Shown here: positions 25,997 to 34,139 of the stretch, piece after piece
How positions within the stretch are numbered: position 1 is the first letter of the stretch
Layout of the letters: each line of letters begins with the position of its first letter
Virus record (IMG/VR): IMGVR_UViG_3300049988_000124
Coordinates: 160,001-224,000 of that record
Direction: 5' to 3' (one strand)
Source of the DNA: a virus
Taxonomy: Duplodnaviria; Caudoviricetes
DNA length: 64,000 nucleotides
The notes under the pieces: model-generated
Database searches by the model: none
What the model was told of the DNA's origin: nothing
What the model saw: the letters and a program-made list of their open reading frames with translations, nothing else
Translations under genes and position numbers: made by a program

Positions 25997-26452
25997 TTAC
26001 TTCTTTCGTGTCATAAAGAATGCGGCAACACCCAGCGTTGCACCAAATAGGGCGTAGGGAACAGTGTTGGGTCGCGAACTATCACCGTCGACGAATCCCT
26101 CGCCGTAACCTTCTAGGTACTGGTCTTTCTGTGCTTTAGTCTGGCCGTGCTTATAGCCTTCATCGTAGCCTGCTTTTCTAGCGAGATCAATGATTGACTT
26201 AACGTTGGTGGGATCGCGCGACTGGTCTGCGTCATAGTCTTGGCGAACTTGCAACCAGTAATGCTGAACTGACTTGAACCGGTCAAGGATCCGGCTGAAG
26301 TAGGCACTGTCACTAGACTTGGGAGCATGCTTGCTCTGATCCAGAAGGGCTGCATTAACGCGCAGTACCGACTCTTCCAATTCATCAAACGCGTAGGTAG
26401 TCGCTTCTCTCAGGTGCTCTTGTCTCACCGGAGTATTGGGATGGGATGCCAT
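25997..26452 (-). CDS. C-tail-anchored protein with GYxxG repeats (151 aa)
   Basis: AGYDEGYKHG...YLEGYGEGFVDG; tail YALFGATLGVAAFFMTRKK. Confidence 0.65.
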   Translation of the reverse strand: MASHPNTPVRQEHLREATTYAFDELEESVLRVNAALLDQSKHAPKSSDSAYFSRILDRFKSVQHYWLQVRQDYDADQSRDPTNVKSIIDLARKAGYDEGYKHGQTKAQKDQYLEGYGEGFVDGDSSRPNTVPYALFGATLGVAAFFMTRKK

Positions 26453-26463
26453 GGTAAATGTTC

Positions 26464-26712
26464 CTAGCGGCGATGTGTTGTTGCTTGGCAAGGAGGTGGT
26501 CGACGCTTGCCGCTCATGGGACCACCACGCTCATAAGCATCGTCTTCCAACTCCGACAAACAAGTGCAAGCTACAGTGTTAAAGTTAATCAGACCTGCCT
26601 TTATCTTGGCGTGTTCGAGTGCCGTGAGAATGGCTCTACTCTCAGATGTACCAAAACCATAGAAGTCGGCCATCACTTGAATTTCTCTGCAAAGTATTTC
26701 AACTGTGTCCAT
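26464..26712 (-). CDS. Hypothetical protein (82 aa)
   Basis: GAGGAG RBS. Confidence 0.5.
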   Translation of the reverse strand: MDTVEILCREIQVMADFYGFGTSESRAILTALEHAKIKAGLINFNTVACTCLSELEDDAYERGGPMSGKRRPPPCQATTHRR

Positions 26713-26784
26713 GGCTATTCTCCTCACACCATGTAAGAAAGATAAAGTTGTAAAAAAGAGACAGGAGCCTTTCGACTCCTATCC

Positions 26785-27228
26785 CTAATTGTTCACGGTA
26801 GATTCTTCTTGATGTTTATCAACGAACGCAAAGAGAACAGCTGCACACAATGCTAACGTGTCTACTTCTGGATGCTCCCCGACAAACATGGTTGGGTTCT
26901 TCTTCGAGCTCGTGAAGATTGTCAGAAAAGCACGGTAACTGCCGTCTGGTTTACGAAGCACGCCGTAATGAGTAAAGTCACCGACAAATCGAGTGAGCCA
27001 TTTTAGATCATCAAGTGAGGTGGTGAACTTGGGTTGTAGTGGTTTACTGTTCCCTGATAAGGACACCGAAGGATAACCACTAATACTATCCTTCGGTAGA
27101 GAGTATCGATCAGACCATCCAAGTGCTTGAATAATCTTGTCGTTTAGATAATAGAAATTACCTGTCTCATCAACAGCAGTCTGACACGCTTGAGCCAGAG
27201 ATTGTAGGCTGAGTAAACAAATAGCCAT
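26785..27228 (-). CDS. Phage ABA-sandwich/NinX-like protein, paralog 1 (147 aa)
   Basis: LNDKIIQALGW...PKFTTSLD...LALCAAVLFA pattern. Confidence 0.55.
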   Translation of the reverse strand: MAICLLSLQSLAQACQTAVDETGNFYYLNDKIIQALGWSDRYSLPKDSISGYPSVSLSGNSKPLQPKFTTSLDDLKWLTRFVGDFTHYGVLRKPDGSYRAFLTIFTSSKKNPTMFVGEHPEVDTLALCAAVLFAFVDKHQEESTVNN

Positions 27229-27231
27229 TAC

Positions 27232-27666
27232 CTACACACTCGCGTTATTGGCTTCTTGTTTCACAGCAAGAGCAAACAGAATACTAGCAAATAGTGCACC
27301 TACTTCTGTGTAAGCATCCGCACCTACGCTTCCACCATCCCACTCTACAGAAGCGGTCCATGCGTTGGGCCCCTTCTTTACGACGTAATAAGCGTATTTA
27401 TCACTGAGCATGTCAAGAGGGATGGTAATAAGAGACAGGTCTTCAGTGAACCGAGGAAGTACATCATACTCAACAAAACGAGACTGCCTGTGAACATCCG
27501 GCTTGGTGGTGACCCAGTAGAGCGTCTCTTCTGCGTTGACATCGTGCTTAAGCTTCCAACCGAACAGTAGTGCAATGTTCAAGTTAAGATGGGCACCATC
27601 TTCTCCTGATTTGATTGCCATACAGTCGGTGGCAAGTTCACGAGCAATCTTGGGATCAATAGTCAT
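27232..27666 (-). CDS. Phage ABA-sandwich/NinX-like protein, paralog 2 (144 aa)
   Basis: LNLNIALLFGW...PRFTEDLS...GALFASILFA pattern. Confidence 0.55.
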   Translation of the reverse strand: MTIDPKIARELATDCMAIKSGEDGAHLNLNIALLFGWKLKHDVNAEETLYWVTTKPDVHRQSRFVEYDVLPRFTEDLSLITIPLDMLSDKYAYYVVKKGPNAWTASVEWDGGSVGADAYTEVGALFASILFALAVKQEANNASV

Positions 27667-27673
27667 CGTTCGT

Positions 27674-29842
27674 TTATCCTAACAATGCCGTGGACGGATC
27701 AAAGAAGTCACTGACGAGACCATTGCAGCGAATGTCCACCGTACCGATACCAAGTGCATCGAGGAAGTGGTAATAGCCTGCCATGACCTGCGAGATATGC
27801 GCTCTGATATCCATCACACTCAAGAAGAAAGGCTGCAACTGCCCTTTAAACGGAGGGATGTAGATCGCACTGATGTTGCGACCTTTATTGTCCTCCAAGA
27901 AGCGAACCAACCGGGCATGAGTCTCTGGATGATCCTTCTCCATCTGCGCCATGAACACTTCATTCTTGAAAAGGCGCATGCCGCCCTTCAAGGGGATCTT
28001 GAAGCATTTGTTCGGGATCACCATTTCGCCGTACTCAGGCGCGAACACTTCCTGCCAGAATTTGTAGTAGAAGTAGTTCGACTGCATGGGATCAGCGTAA
28101 TCCTCCTTGCGTCTCACCGACACCGTCTGCAAGAAGTCCGACTCCCGCTTGTCGTGGATCGAGGTAAAGATCGACTGCTCCACGCCTGCGACGTGCTGGA
28201 GGATGGACCCGGCCCGAATAGGTTCTGCCTTCTCAATGACGGCAAAGAGATTGACGACAAATTCCTCGAAGCCTTTCACCACGAGCTTAGGATAGGTCGA
28301 GCTACGAAAGCCCACGCCCTTGATGTCCTTGCGTGGATTGGGAAGAAGGGAGCCTTCCTGCATCGTTGCAATTGCCAGATAGTGCTTGGCCAAAGCGGTC
28401 ACGATCACGATGGGATAGAGGAACTCATTCTTCATCGAGATGCGGAAGACGTCCTTACCCTCTACCCCGAAGCCTGCTGACAGCCTGGCAAAGATATGCT
28501 CGAGCGACTGCGACAAGATAAACACGACGAGCGCGTTCATCTGGTAAGACTCCTGACTAAAGTCGATCTTACCCCGCTTCCAGCGAATGAGCTCCTGGGT
28601 CGAGAAGATGTTGGAGTCCGTATCGGACAGGGGAACCGTGTAGCGCGCCATCTTGTGCTGCATGACTAGCCGTGAGAAAGTCGTCTCAATCCGCAAGATA
28701 GGACGAAGGATCCGCAGGTGTGGTTCGAAGTTCTGAACAAAGTGACGACAGCAGTAGATGAATTCTTTCAAGCCTTCCGGATTGTTCTTGGCTGCATCCT
28801 TCAAGCTGTTCCACTTATCTTCGGTACCAGGCTTGTTACCGAGGCGACGATAGTCCGTGGCAAGGACGGCGTTGACGACGTCACCTGGGTACTTCTTCAG
28901 CTCACCCGGGTTGACGTCCGCCACGAGGAGGGGATCAATGTCGCCGTGGATGAAGCAGGAGTCGATCCACCCACGCATCATCTCCTCATTATAGCGGCAC
29001 AGATTGTTCAGGCAGCCTGCGTAGAAGACGTAGGCCCGCTCTACTTCCGTGAGGTTGCTGATGATCTTGACGAGGTCATGATCGTCGAGTTTGGTGGTGT
29101 AATTCTTAACCGAGGTGATAAGGTAGGTGGCGACTTGGCCGACACTCGGTGAGTATAAGGTTCCATCGAGAATGAGGGGACCAAAGTCTACCGGGACGTG
29201 GCGAGCATGGTTGATCACGTAGGTGATGGCATCGCGCATCTGGGGAAGGTAGAGGTTCCCGTTTACCGCACGCTCAATGAAGCTGTAACCCTGCTTCACA
29301 CTCATCCGGCCAGACGAGGTGATCGAGTTAAAGCCAGCCTTACACGACATGATGAACTGCTTCATTGCCATGCCGCCTGCAATGGCATTATTGAAGATCT
29401 TGGCGTTGGCCTGGTTCTGATAGTAGTATTGTGCTTCGCGCTTCTCACCTTGCGCTTCGTGCATCAGATACTGCTTCTTGAAGGCGTTACGTTCTCTCAC
29501 CTTCTCATCAATACTGATGCGCAAGTATGATTCTTTGCGCGAGACTGGATGGTAGCAGGTGCCAGAGGGAGCAAGGTTGTTATCCTTCACTACCTCTAGA
29601 ACGTAGCGATCTAGATCCATCGTGACTTCTTTGGTGTCCCCTTCCCTGGGGTGTACCAGAGCCTCGACTTGCGGAGTCTTGTAGTTCTCGCGGATCTTTT
29701 CCTTAACGAACCCCTCGATTGTGTCGTGGGGGATATGGGGGTATTTCAGCTGCAGGTAACGGCTCATTCCTGCCAAATAGTTGGTCAGGAGGTTGGGGCG
29801 TTGTCTCTCTACGGCGTAGTCTGGATTGCGAATGTATGTCAC
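27674..29842 (-). CDS. Divergent family B DNA polymerase, polymerase-domain subunit (phiKZ gp50-like, 722 aa)
   Basis: Motif B QANAKIFNNAIAG, motif C SDTDS, then LAKHY and KGV. Confidence 0.85.
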   Translation of the reverse strand: MTYIRNPDYAVERQRPNLLTNYLAGMSRYLQLKYPHIPHDTIEGFVKEKIRENYKTPQVEALVHPREGDTKEVTMDLDRYVLEVVKDNNLAPSGTCYHPVSRKESYLRISIDEKVRERNAFKKQYLMHEAQGEKREAQYYYQNQANAKIFNNAIAGGMAMKQFIMSCKAGFNSITSSGRMSVKQGYSFIERAVNGNLYLPQMRDAITYVINHARHVPVDFGPLILDGTLYSPSVGQVATYLITSVKNYTTKLDDHDLVKIISNLTEVERAYVFYAGCLNNLCRYNEEMMRGWIDSCFIHGDIDPLLVADVNPGELKKYPGDVVNAVLATDYRRLGNKPGTEDKWNSLKDAAKNNPEGLKEFIYCCRHFVQNFEPHLRILRPILRIETTFSRLVMQHKMARYTVPLSDTDSNIFSTQELIRWKRGKIDFSQESYQMNALVVFILSQSLEHIFARLSAGFGVEGKDVFRISMKNEFLYPIVIVTALAKHYLAIATMQEGSLLPNPRKDIKGVGFRSSTYPKLVVKGFEEFVVNLFAVIEKAEPIRAGSILQHVAGVEQSIFTSIHDKRESDFLQTVSVRRKEDYADPMQSNYFYYKFWQEVFAPEYGEMVIPNKCFKIPLKGGMRLFKNEVFMAQMEKDHPETHARLVRFLEDNKGRNISAIYIPPFKGQLQPFFLSVMDIRAHISQVMAGYYHFLDALGIGTVDIRCNGLVSDFFDPSTALLG

Positions 29843-30035
29843 AGGCCTACCTCGAATGTATAAATCATCACCGACTCAAATCATCGTTACCTCAAATGAA
29901 ATAAGAAAAAACCAACAACCTTTTTTAAGTCTACTCTATGGCGTACTCGTACGTGGCCGCATTTAAACATATAAAGATAAATAGCCCAGTACCCACCACG
30001 TTATTGGACAAGGTTAGGAAATCGGATATTTTACC

Positions 30036-30305
30036 ATGACAACTACGACGGAAGATACCTCACTCGTTAGTGGTGAGATTGACAACCACAAGCAGAACAT
30101 TAACAATTGGGCTGATACCATTCAGAACCAGAAGGTGCCTGAATCCAGGAAAGGCGTGAACGACCGCTTCGTTCGCGATTGCAAGCAGCTCGTTGCTTAT
30201 CTCGATGAGTCTGATTCTCCCTCCTCAGCCGACCTCGTTGACTTCGAGGATCGTCACAACAGCTTGGAAGTGCAGTTCCATCAGCTGAGTGACGACGCTC
30301 AGTGA
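30036..30305 (+). CDS. Small helical protein (89 aa)
   Basis: First gene of the divergent operon; overlaps the next start. Confidence 0.6.
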   Translation: MTTTTEDTSLVSGEIDNHKQNINNWADTIQNQKVPESRKGVNDRFVRDCKQLVAYLDESDSPSSADLVDFEDRHNSLEVQFHQLSDDAQ

Positions 30306-31237
30306 GTGAGGAGCTCCTGAACGATGAGTCGGTAGCAGAAGAAGAAGTAACGACGGGTAAGAAGAAAAAGGCCAAAGTCCCGAAAGAACCCAAAGCCAAG
30401 AAGCGCCCGTCCGACTTCGAGATCTTCCGCACCATCCTTCAACGCACCTCCGAGCGCAAGCAAGCATTTCTCTTGAGGAACCTGGGTGAAGATCCAGACA
30501 TCCTCTTCTTGTGCTCGGCAGATGAAGCAGGATTTACGTTCGGATCTCCAGATCAAGCCATCTCCATGATCGAGTTCACTGATCTAGAACTCAAGTCGGT
30601 CGTGGATCATTACTTGGGTAAACTCCACGGTCTACAACCGGACAGAGAGATCAGCGGCTTCGTATGCCTGCGCGATCAAATCTCTGAATTGGGTAAAACC
30701 AAGGGGGAAGAGTTTACCGACGAGGTCTTTACGAACGAAGCAGGTTCTGCCTGGATCGTGCGGAAGGACAACAAGGATCGGTCCAAGCCGTTCTACTACG
30801 CGCTGGCCATCGACAGCCTCTTTCATGTTCAACTCGTTGCTGACTATTGCAAGAACTTCAGACCCTTGCTCGACGGCAACAATGCTGACTATCTCTACTA
30901 CCCCTATAGTCACGAGTCCAACGACACCGCATCCATCGTAACCCTCCCGCCTCGTGCGGAGTACCGCGACCATATGCTGGGTAAAGCCTATCCTCACGGC
31001 TTCAGGGCCATGATGACCAAGGGCTTGGATATCGCCATGACCAAGTGCGTGCGTGACGACTTTCCTTATCCCGTGGTGGATGAGGAGATCATCGTTTGGC
31101 ACGACGGGGGTAGTGCTTGTCAGCTCGTTCACCGGGTCGTCGCGCAAGGCTGGCGTATGATCACGGTGCGGCCTAATGCCATTCACGTACCCACTCCCCA
31201 AACACCTTTGCATCTCACAGGAAATCACCAGTTATGA
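30302..31237 (+). CDS. Hypothetical protein (311 aa)
   Basis: GTGA and ATGA translational coupling on both sides. Confidence 0.75.
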   Translation: MSEELLNDESVAEEEVTTGKKKKAKVPKEPKAKKRPSDFEIFRTILQRTSERKQAFLLRNLGEDPDILFLCSADEAGFTFGSPDQAISMIEFTDLELKSVVDHYLGKLHGLQPDREISGFVCLRDQISELGKTKGEEFTDEVFTNEAGSAWIVRKDNKDRSKPFYYALAIDSLFHVQLVADYCKNFRPLLDGNNADYLYYPYSHESNDTASIVTLPPRAEYRDHMLGKAYPHGFRAMMTKGLDIAMTKCVRDDFPYPVVDEEIIVWHDGGSACQLVHRVVAQGWRMITVRPNAIHVPTPQTPLHLTGNHQL

Positions 31238-32901
31238 CTGACCAGTCAAACCAGGACGATCAGGATGACATCCTGAACGATCCTACCGATGTCACAGAGG
31301 AGTCAACAGCCAATGTTGCTCCTCCTGTTGATCCCGTCGCCGACGTGATCGACGAGGACGACACTGCTCCTGCCGACGCTCCTGCTGAAGCCAATGACGA
31401 GGACAACGTCGAGGCTGACGACGAGGATGAAGACGCCGAGATCACCAGCACCACTCAGATTCAGTACGATGACACGCTCATCGAGCTGCGCGGTGGTAGC
31501 ATGGAAGAGATCGAGGCGCTGCTCCAGGCAGCCAACGACACCCTCGGCTACAAGGCACTCGATGCTGATGTTCGCACAACAGGATCGTGGGCTAACATCC
31601 TTTATCGCATGCGCATGGATCCCAACTTCGAGGAGATCCGGTCGCAGAAGGCAATCTCGCTCTTCTCTCCTGAACAGCGAGCAATCCTTCAGGAAGTCGC
31701 GGTCGATGATAACGGCAAGGTCTCCTTCAAGGCCTCGGTCAAGCGTAACGAGGACGGCAAGATCGTTCTTCGTACCTCGCGCCTCAACAAGAAGCTGTCG
31801 ACTGGTGAGCGCAAGACCCTGACAGGTCAGGCAGCACTTCTGGCCTTTGAGACCGAAGGCAAGGGTGGCGGTTGGCGCGTACCGCTCTACAATTCTGGAC
31901 TGACGATCGATATCCTGGCACCGACGGGTAACGATTTCCAGACCATGCTCTACAATTGTTCGATCCTTGACCGAGAGATGGGCTCGCGCCTGGGTGCCCA
32001 TTACTTCACCTACAGCGATGTGATGTTCAAGACGCAGATCCTGAACTTCATCCAGCCGCTCATCATCGGCTCCTCGTTCGCTGATTGGCAGAAGCGCGAC
32101 AAGCTCTTTGCCATCATCAAGTTGCCTGACCTTGCCCACATCGTGGCAACGATTGCTGCTATCTGCTACCCCAACGGATACCCTGACTTCGTGGTGACGT
32201 GTAAGCAGATGCCCGACAAGGAGAAGGGAATCGAGCTGTGTGGTCACTCAGAGAAGCTCACCGCTGACATCATGAAGTTGATTGTCACGCGCTTCTCGTC
32301 GATGTCACCGAGCGCCATCGAGCACATGACCGCTGCCCGTACCGCTGGGTCCAAGCACAACGCGTCGCAGATTGCCAAATATCAGGCAGACCTCGGTTTC
32401 GAGGGTGAGAAGCTCACCTTTGGTAAGGTTTCCTTTACCATGCGGATCCCGAGTCTTACTGAGCACCTGGAGGCGGGCGCGCAGTTCCTGGCTGACATCG
32501 TCAATGAAATTGATGGTGACAATAAGCAGGGTCGTGAAGAGCAGGTTGGTATTCGCTACATGCGAACCTTTGTTCCCTGGATCGACTCGGTTGAGAAGGA
32601 ACTGGAGAACGGCTCGACGGCAGTCACCAGTGATGTGCGCACGATCATTCGTGCGCTCGAGAACCTCGATCTCGATGATCCGACCACGGCAGTTCGCCAA
32701 GTCTTCGAGGACTACATTGGCCGTGTTCAGCTGACCTACGTTGGTCATCCGATCCTGCCGTGCACCAAGTGCGGTCACACAGCTGAAACCCCGTCAGGAA
32801 TGTGGACGTTTGATCCGTTCTCGACTTTTTTTACTTTAGCGTTTCTGTATTTGAGGCCGAGCGACTCTTCGGAGACAAAGACGGACCTGACAAATACCTA
32901 A
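31234..32901 (+). CDS. Putative baseplate-hub/tail assembly chaperone (phiKZ gp52-like, T4 gp26-like architecture; 555 aa)
   Basis: Acidic N-terminus; ICYPNGYP...C...C; C-terminal CTKCGH zinc motif followed by DPFSTFF over a slippery site. Confidence 0.6.
   Translation: MTDQSNQDDQDDILNDPTDVTEESTANVAPPVDPVADVIDEDDTAPADAPAEANDEDNVEADDEDEDAEITSTTQIQYDDTLIELRGGSMEEIEALLQAANDTLGYKALDADVRTTGSWANILYRMRMDPNFEEIRSQKAISLFSPEQRAILQEVAVDDNGKVSFKASVKRNEDGKIVLRTSRLNKKLSTGERKTLTGQAALLAFETEGKGGGWRVPLYNSGLTIDILAPTGNDFQTMLYNCSILDREMGSRLGAHYFTYSDVMFKTQILNFIQPLIIGSSFADWQKRDKLFAIIKLPDLAHIVATIAAICYPNGYPDFVVTCKQMPDKEKGIELCGHSEKLTADIMKLIVTRFSSMSPSAIEHMTAARTAGSKHNASQIAKYQADLGFEGEKLTFGKVSFTMRIPSLTEHLEAGAQFLADIVNEIDGDNKQGREEQVGIRYMRTFVPWIDSVEKELENGSTAVTSDVRTIIRALENLDLDDPTTAVRQVFEDYIGRVQLTYVGHPILPCTKCGHTAETPSGMWTFDPFSTFFTLAFLYLRPSDSSETKTDLTNT
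32826..32832 (+). other. Candidate -1 ribosomal frameshift site T TTT TTT
   Basis: In-frame X XXY YYZ heptamer; the -1 frame is open from 32814 to 33359 with no ATG/GTG/TTG until 32991. Confidence 0.65.
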
Positions 32902-33359
32902 ACGCCTTCTCCAAACTCTGGAACGAAGAACTCACAGCACCGACGAATGACTCTACAGAACTCACGTTCTCGCTAGAGCGTTCCCTGATTTTGAGGAGTT
33001 TCAACGCTCATCATCTGGGAATGGAATACCCACCCGCTGACGATGTCCCAGACATCGTTAAGATCATTGGGGTAGGTAACCGTTTACACAAACCAACTGG
33101 TGAAATTCGTCCCGTCGTGGACTTCTTCTACTCGTACTTCAATCGAATGTCGGAAGTCTTCGAGAATACCCCTGTGGCCAAGGTCTTTGGTATCTCCATC
33201 GTCGATGCTCTTGGTATGCCAGTAAACCGCTGGCACGACATTGCTAGACAAGCCAAGATCATTGCTAACCGTCCGACTGAACCTAGTGAGGAGTCAAAGA
33301 TGGTGGACTTAATGAGAGAGTTCATCGGTGCTTTGACTCCGCGTGGTGACGCGGACTAG
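32832..33359 (+). CDS. -1 frame extension (175 codons; GT/T4 gp51-like chaperone tail); fusion product about 708 aa
   Basis: YFSVSVFEAERLFGDKDG...FFYSYFNRMSEVF...VFGISIVDALGMPVNRWHDI. The ORF track shows only the distal 32991..33359 part. Confidence 0.6.
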   Translation, partial: YFSVSVFEAERLFGDKDGPDKYLNAFSKLWNEELTAPTNDSTELTFSLERSLILRSFNAHHLGMEYPPADDVPDIVKIIGVGNRLHKPTGEIRPVVDFFYSYFNRMSEVFENTPVAKVFGISIVDALGMPVNRWHDIARQAKIIANRPTEPSEESKMVDLMREFIGALTPRGDAD

Positions 33360-33378
33360 ATAAAAGGAAGTTGAATCA

Positions 33379-33996
33379 ATGAGTGAGCAGATTGACGATC
33401 ACAAGACCAATCAGGTCGGTGAAGCCGTGACCACGAACCTCATGAAGAACTATGCTGAGCGTAGTACAGAAGAGGGTCAGGGTCTAGGTGATGCGATCGC
33501 GGAATATATCGATCGTAGCGCTATCAAGGGATTGGACATTCCCGCCTCCACGCAGTCTGTAGCGGGCACTGTCTCGATTCCTATTCCCAAGGAAGTCGCA
33601 GAAGAGAAGATCACCAACGTCAACCACATGTTGGCCAAGCTCTTGGCTGAAAATATCGTGGTGCTCACCGGCTCGACTGAGTTCCCGCTCAGCGTCGTAG
33701 TACCGGTCAACAACCTGTACCGTAACGGTCAGTTCGATGCGATCCCGGTGGAGCTGGACAATGTCGAAATCCTTTACATGTTCACCAGGACTGATCCCGC
33801 TCTTGGTTTCATCTGTTGGTGTCTGAACACCGACTTCCGTAATGGTCCCACCGATGAAGTGTCCGACCAGCTGAAAGAAGGTGGGTGGAACGTCAATGCA
33901 CTGGGTGAATTATTCGATCGTCACAATGTGATGGAGAATACTCATCCTCTCAGCCGGTACCGTCTGCCCAACGCTGATCGCTTGAAGAAGCTTTAA
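33379..33996 (+). CDS. Hypothetical protein (205 aa)
   Basis: AAAAGGAAG RBS. Confidence 0.75.
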   Translation: MSEQIDDHKTNQVGEAVTTNLMKNYAERSTEEGQGLGDAIAEYIDRSAIKGLDIPASTQSVAGTVSIPIPKEVAEEKITNVNHMLAKLLAENIVVLTGSTEFPLSVVVPVNNLYRNGQFDAIPVELDNVEILYMFTRTDPALGFICWCLNTDFRNGPTDEVSDQLKEGGWNVNALGELFDRHNVMENTHPLSRYRLPNADRLKKL

Positions 33997-34008
33997 GCTA
34001 CCATGGAT

Positions 34009-34038
34009 ATACACACAGGGCATATGCCCTGTGTGTAT
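34009..34038. terminator. 30-bp perfect palindrome
   Basis: ATACACACAGGGCAT|ATGCCCTGTGTGTAT. Confidence 0.7.
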
Positions 34039-34139
34039 GTTCGTTATTTTTATCAATGAAATAAATAAAAAAGATATGATCAATTTGTTGCCTTCAGACA
34101 GGTTGACCTTTTTTCTACACCAGAGAAGAAGTTTTCCAC

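Noticed and set aside
26010-26015. TATGAC late-promoter candidate
   Set aside because: Falls on the Phe-Met-Thr codons of the upstream gene; likely coincidental.
31234-32901. 555-aa ORF as chimallin
   Set aside because: Similar size and neighbourhood, but its Cys motifs and slippery-site ending fit a tail/baseplate chaperone.
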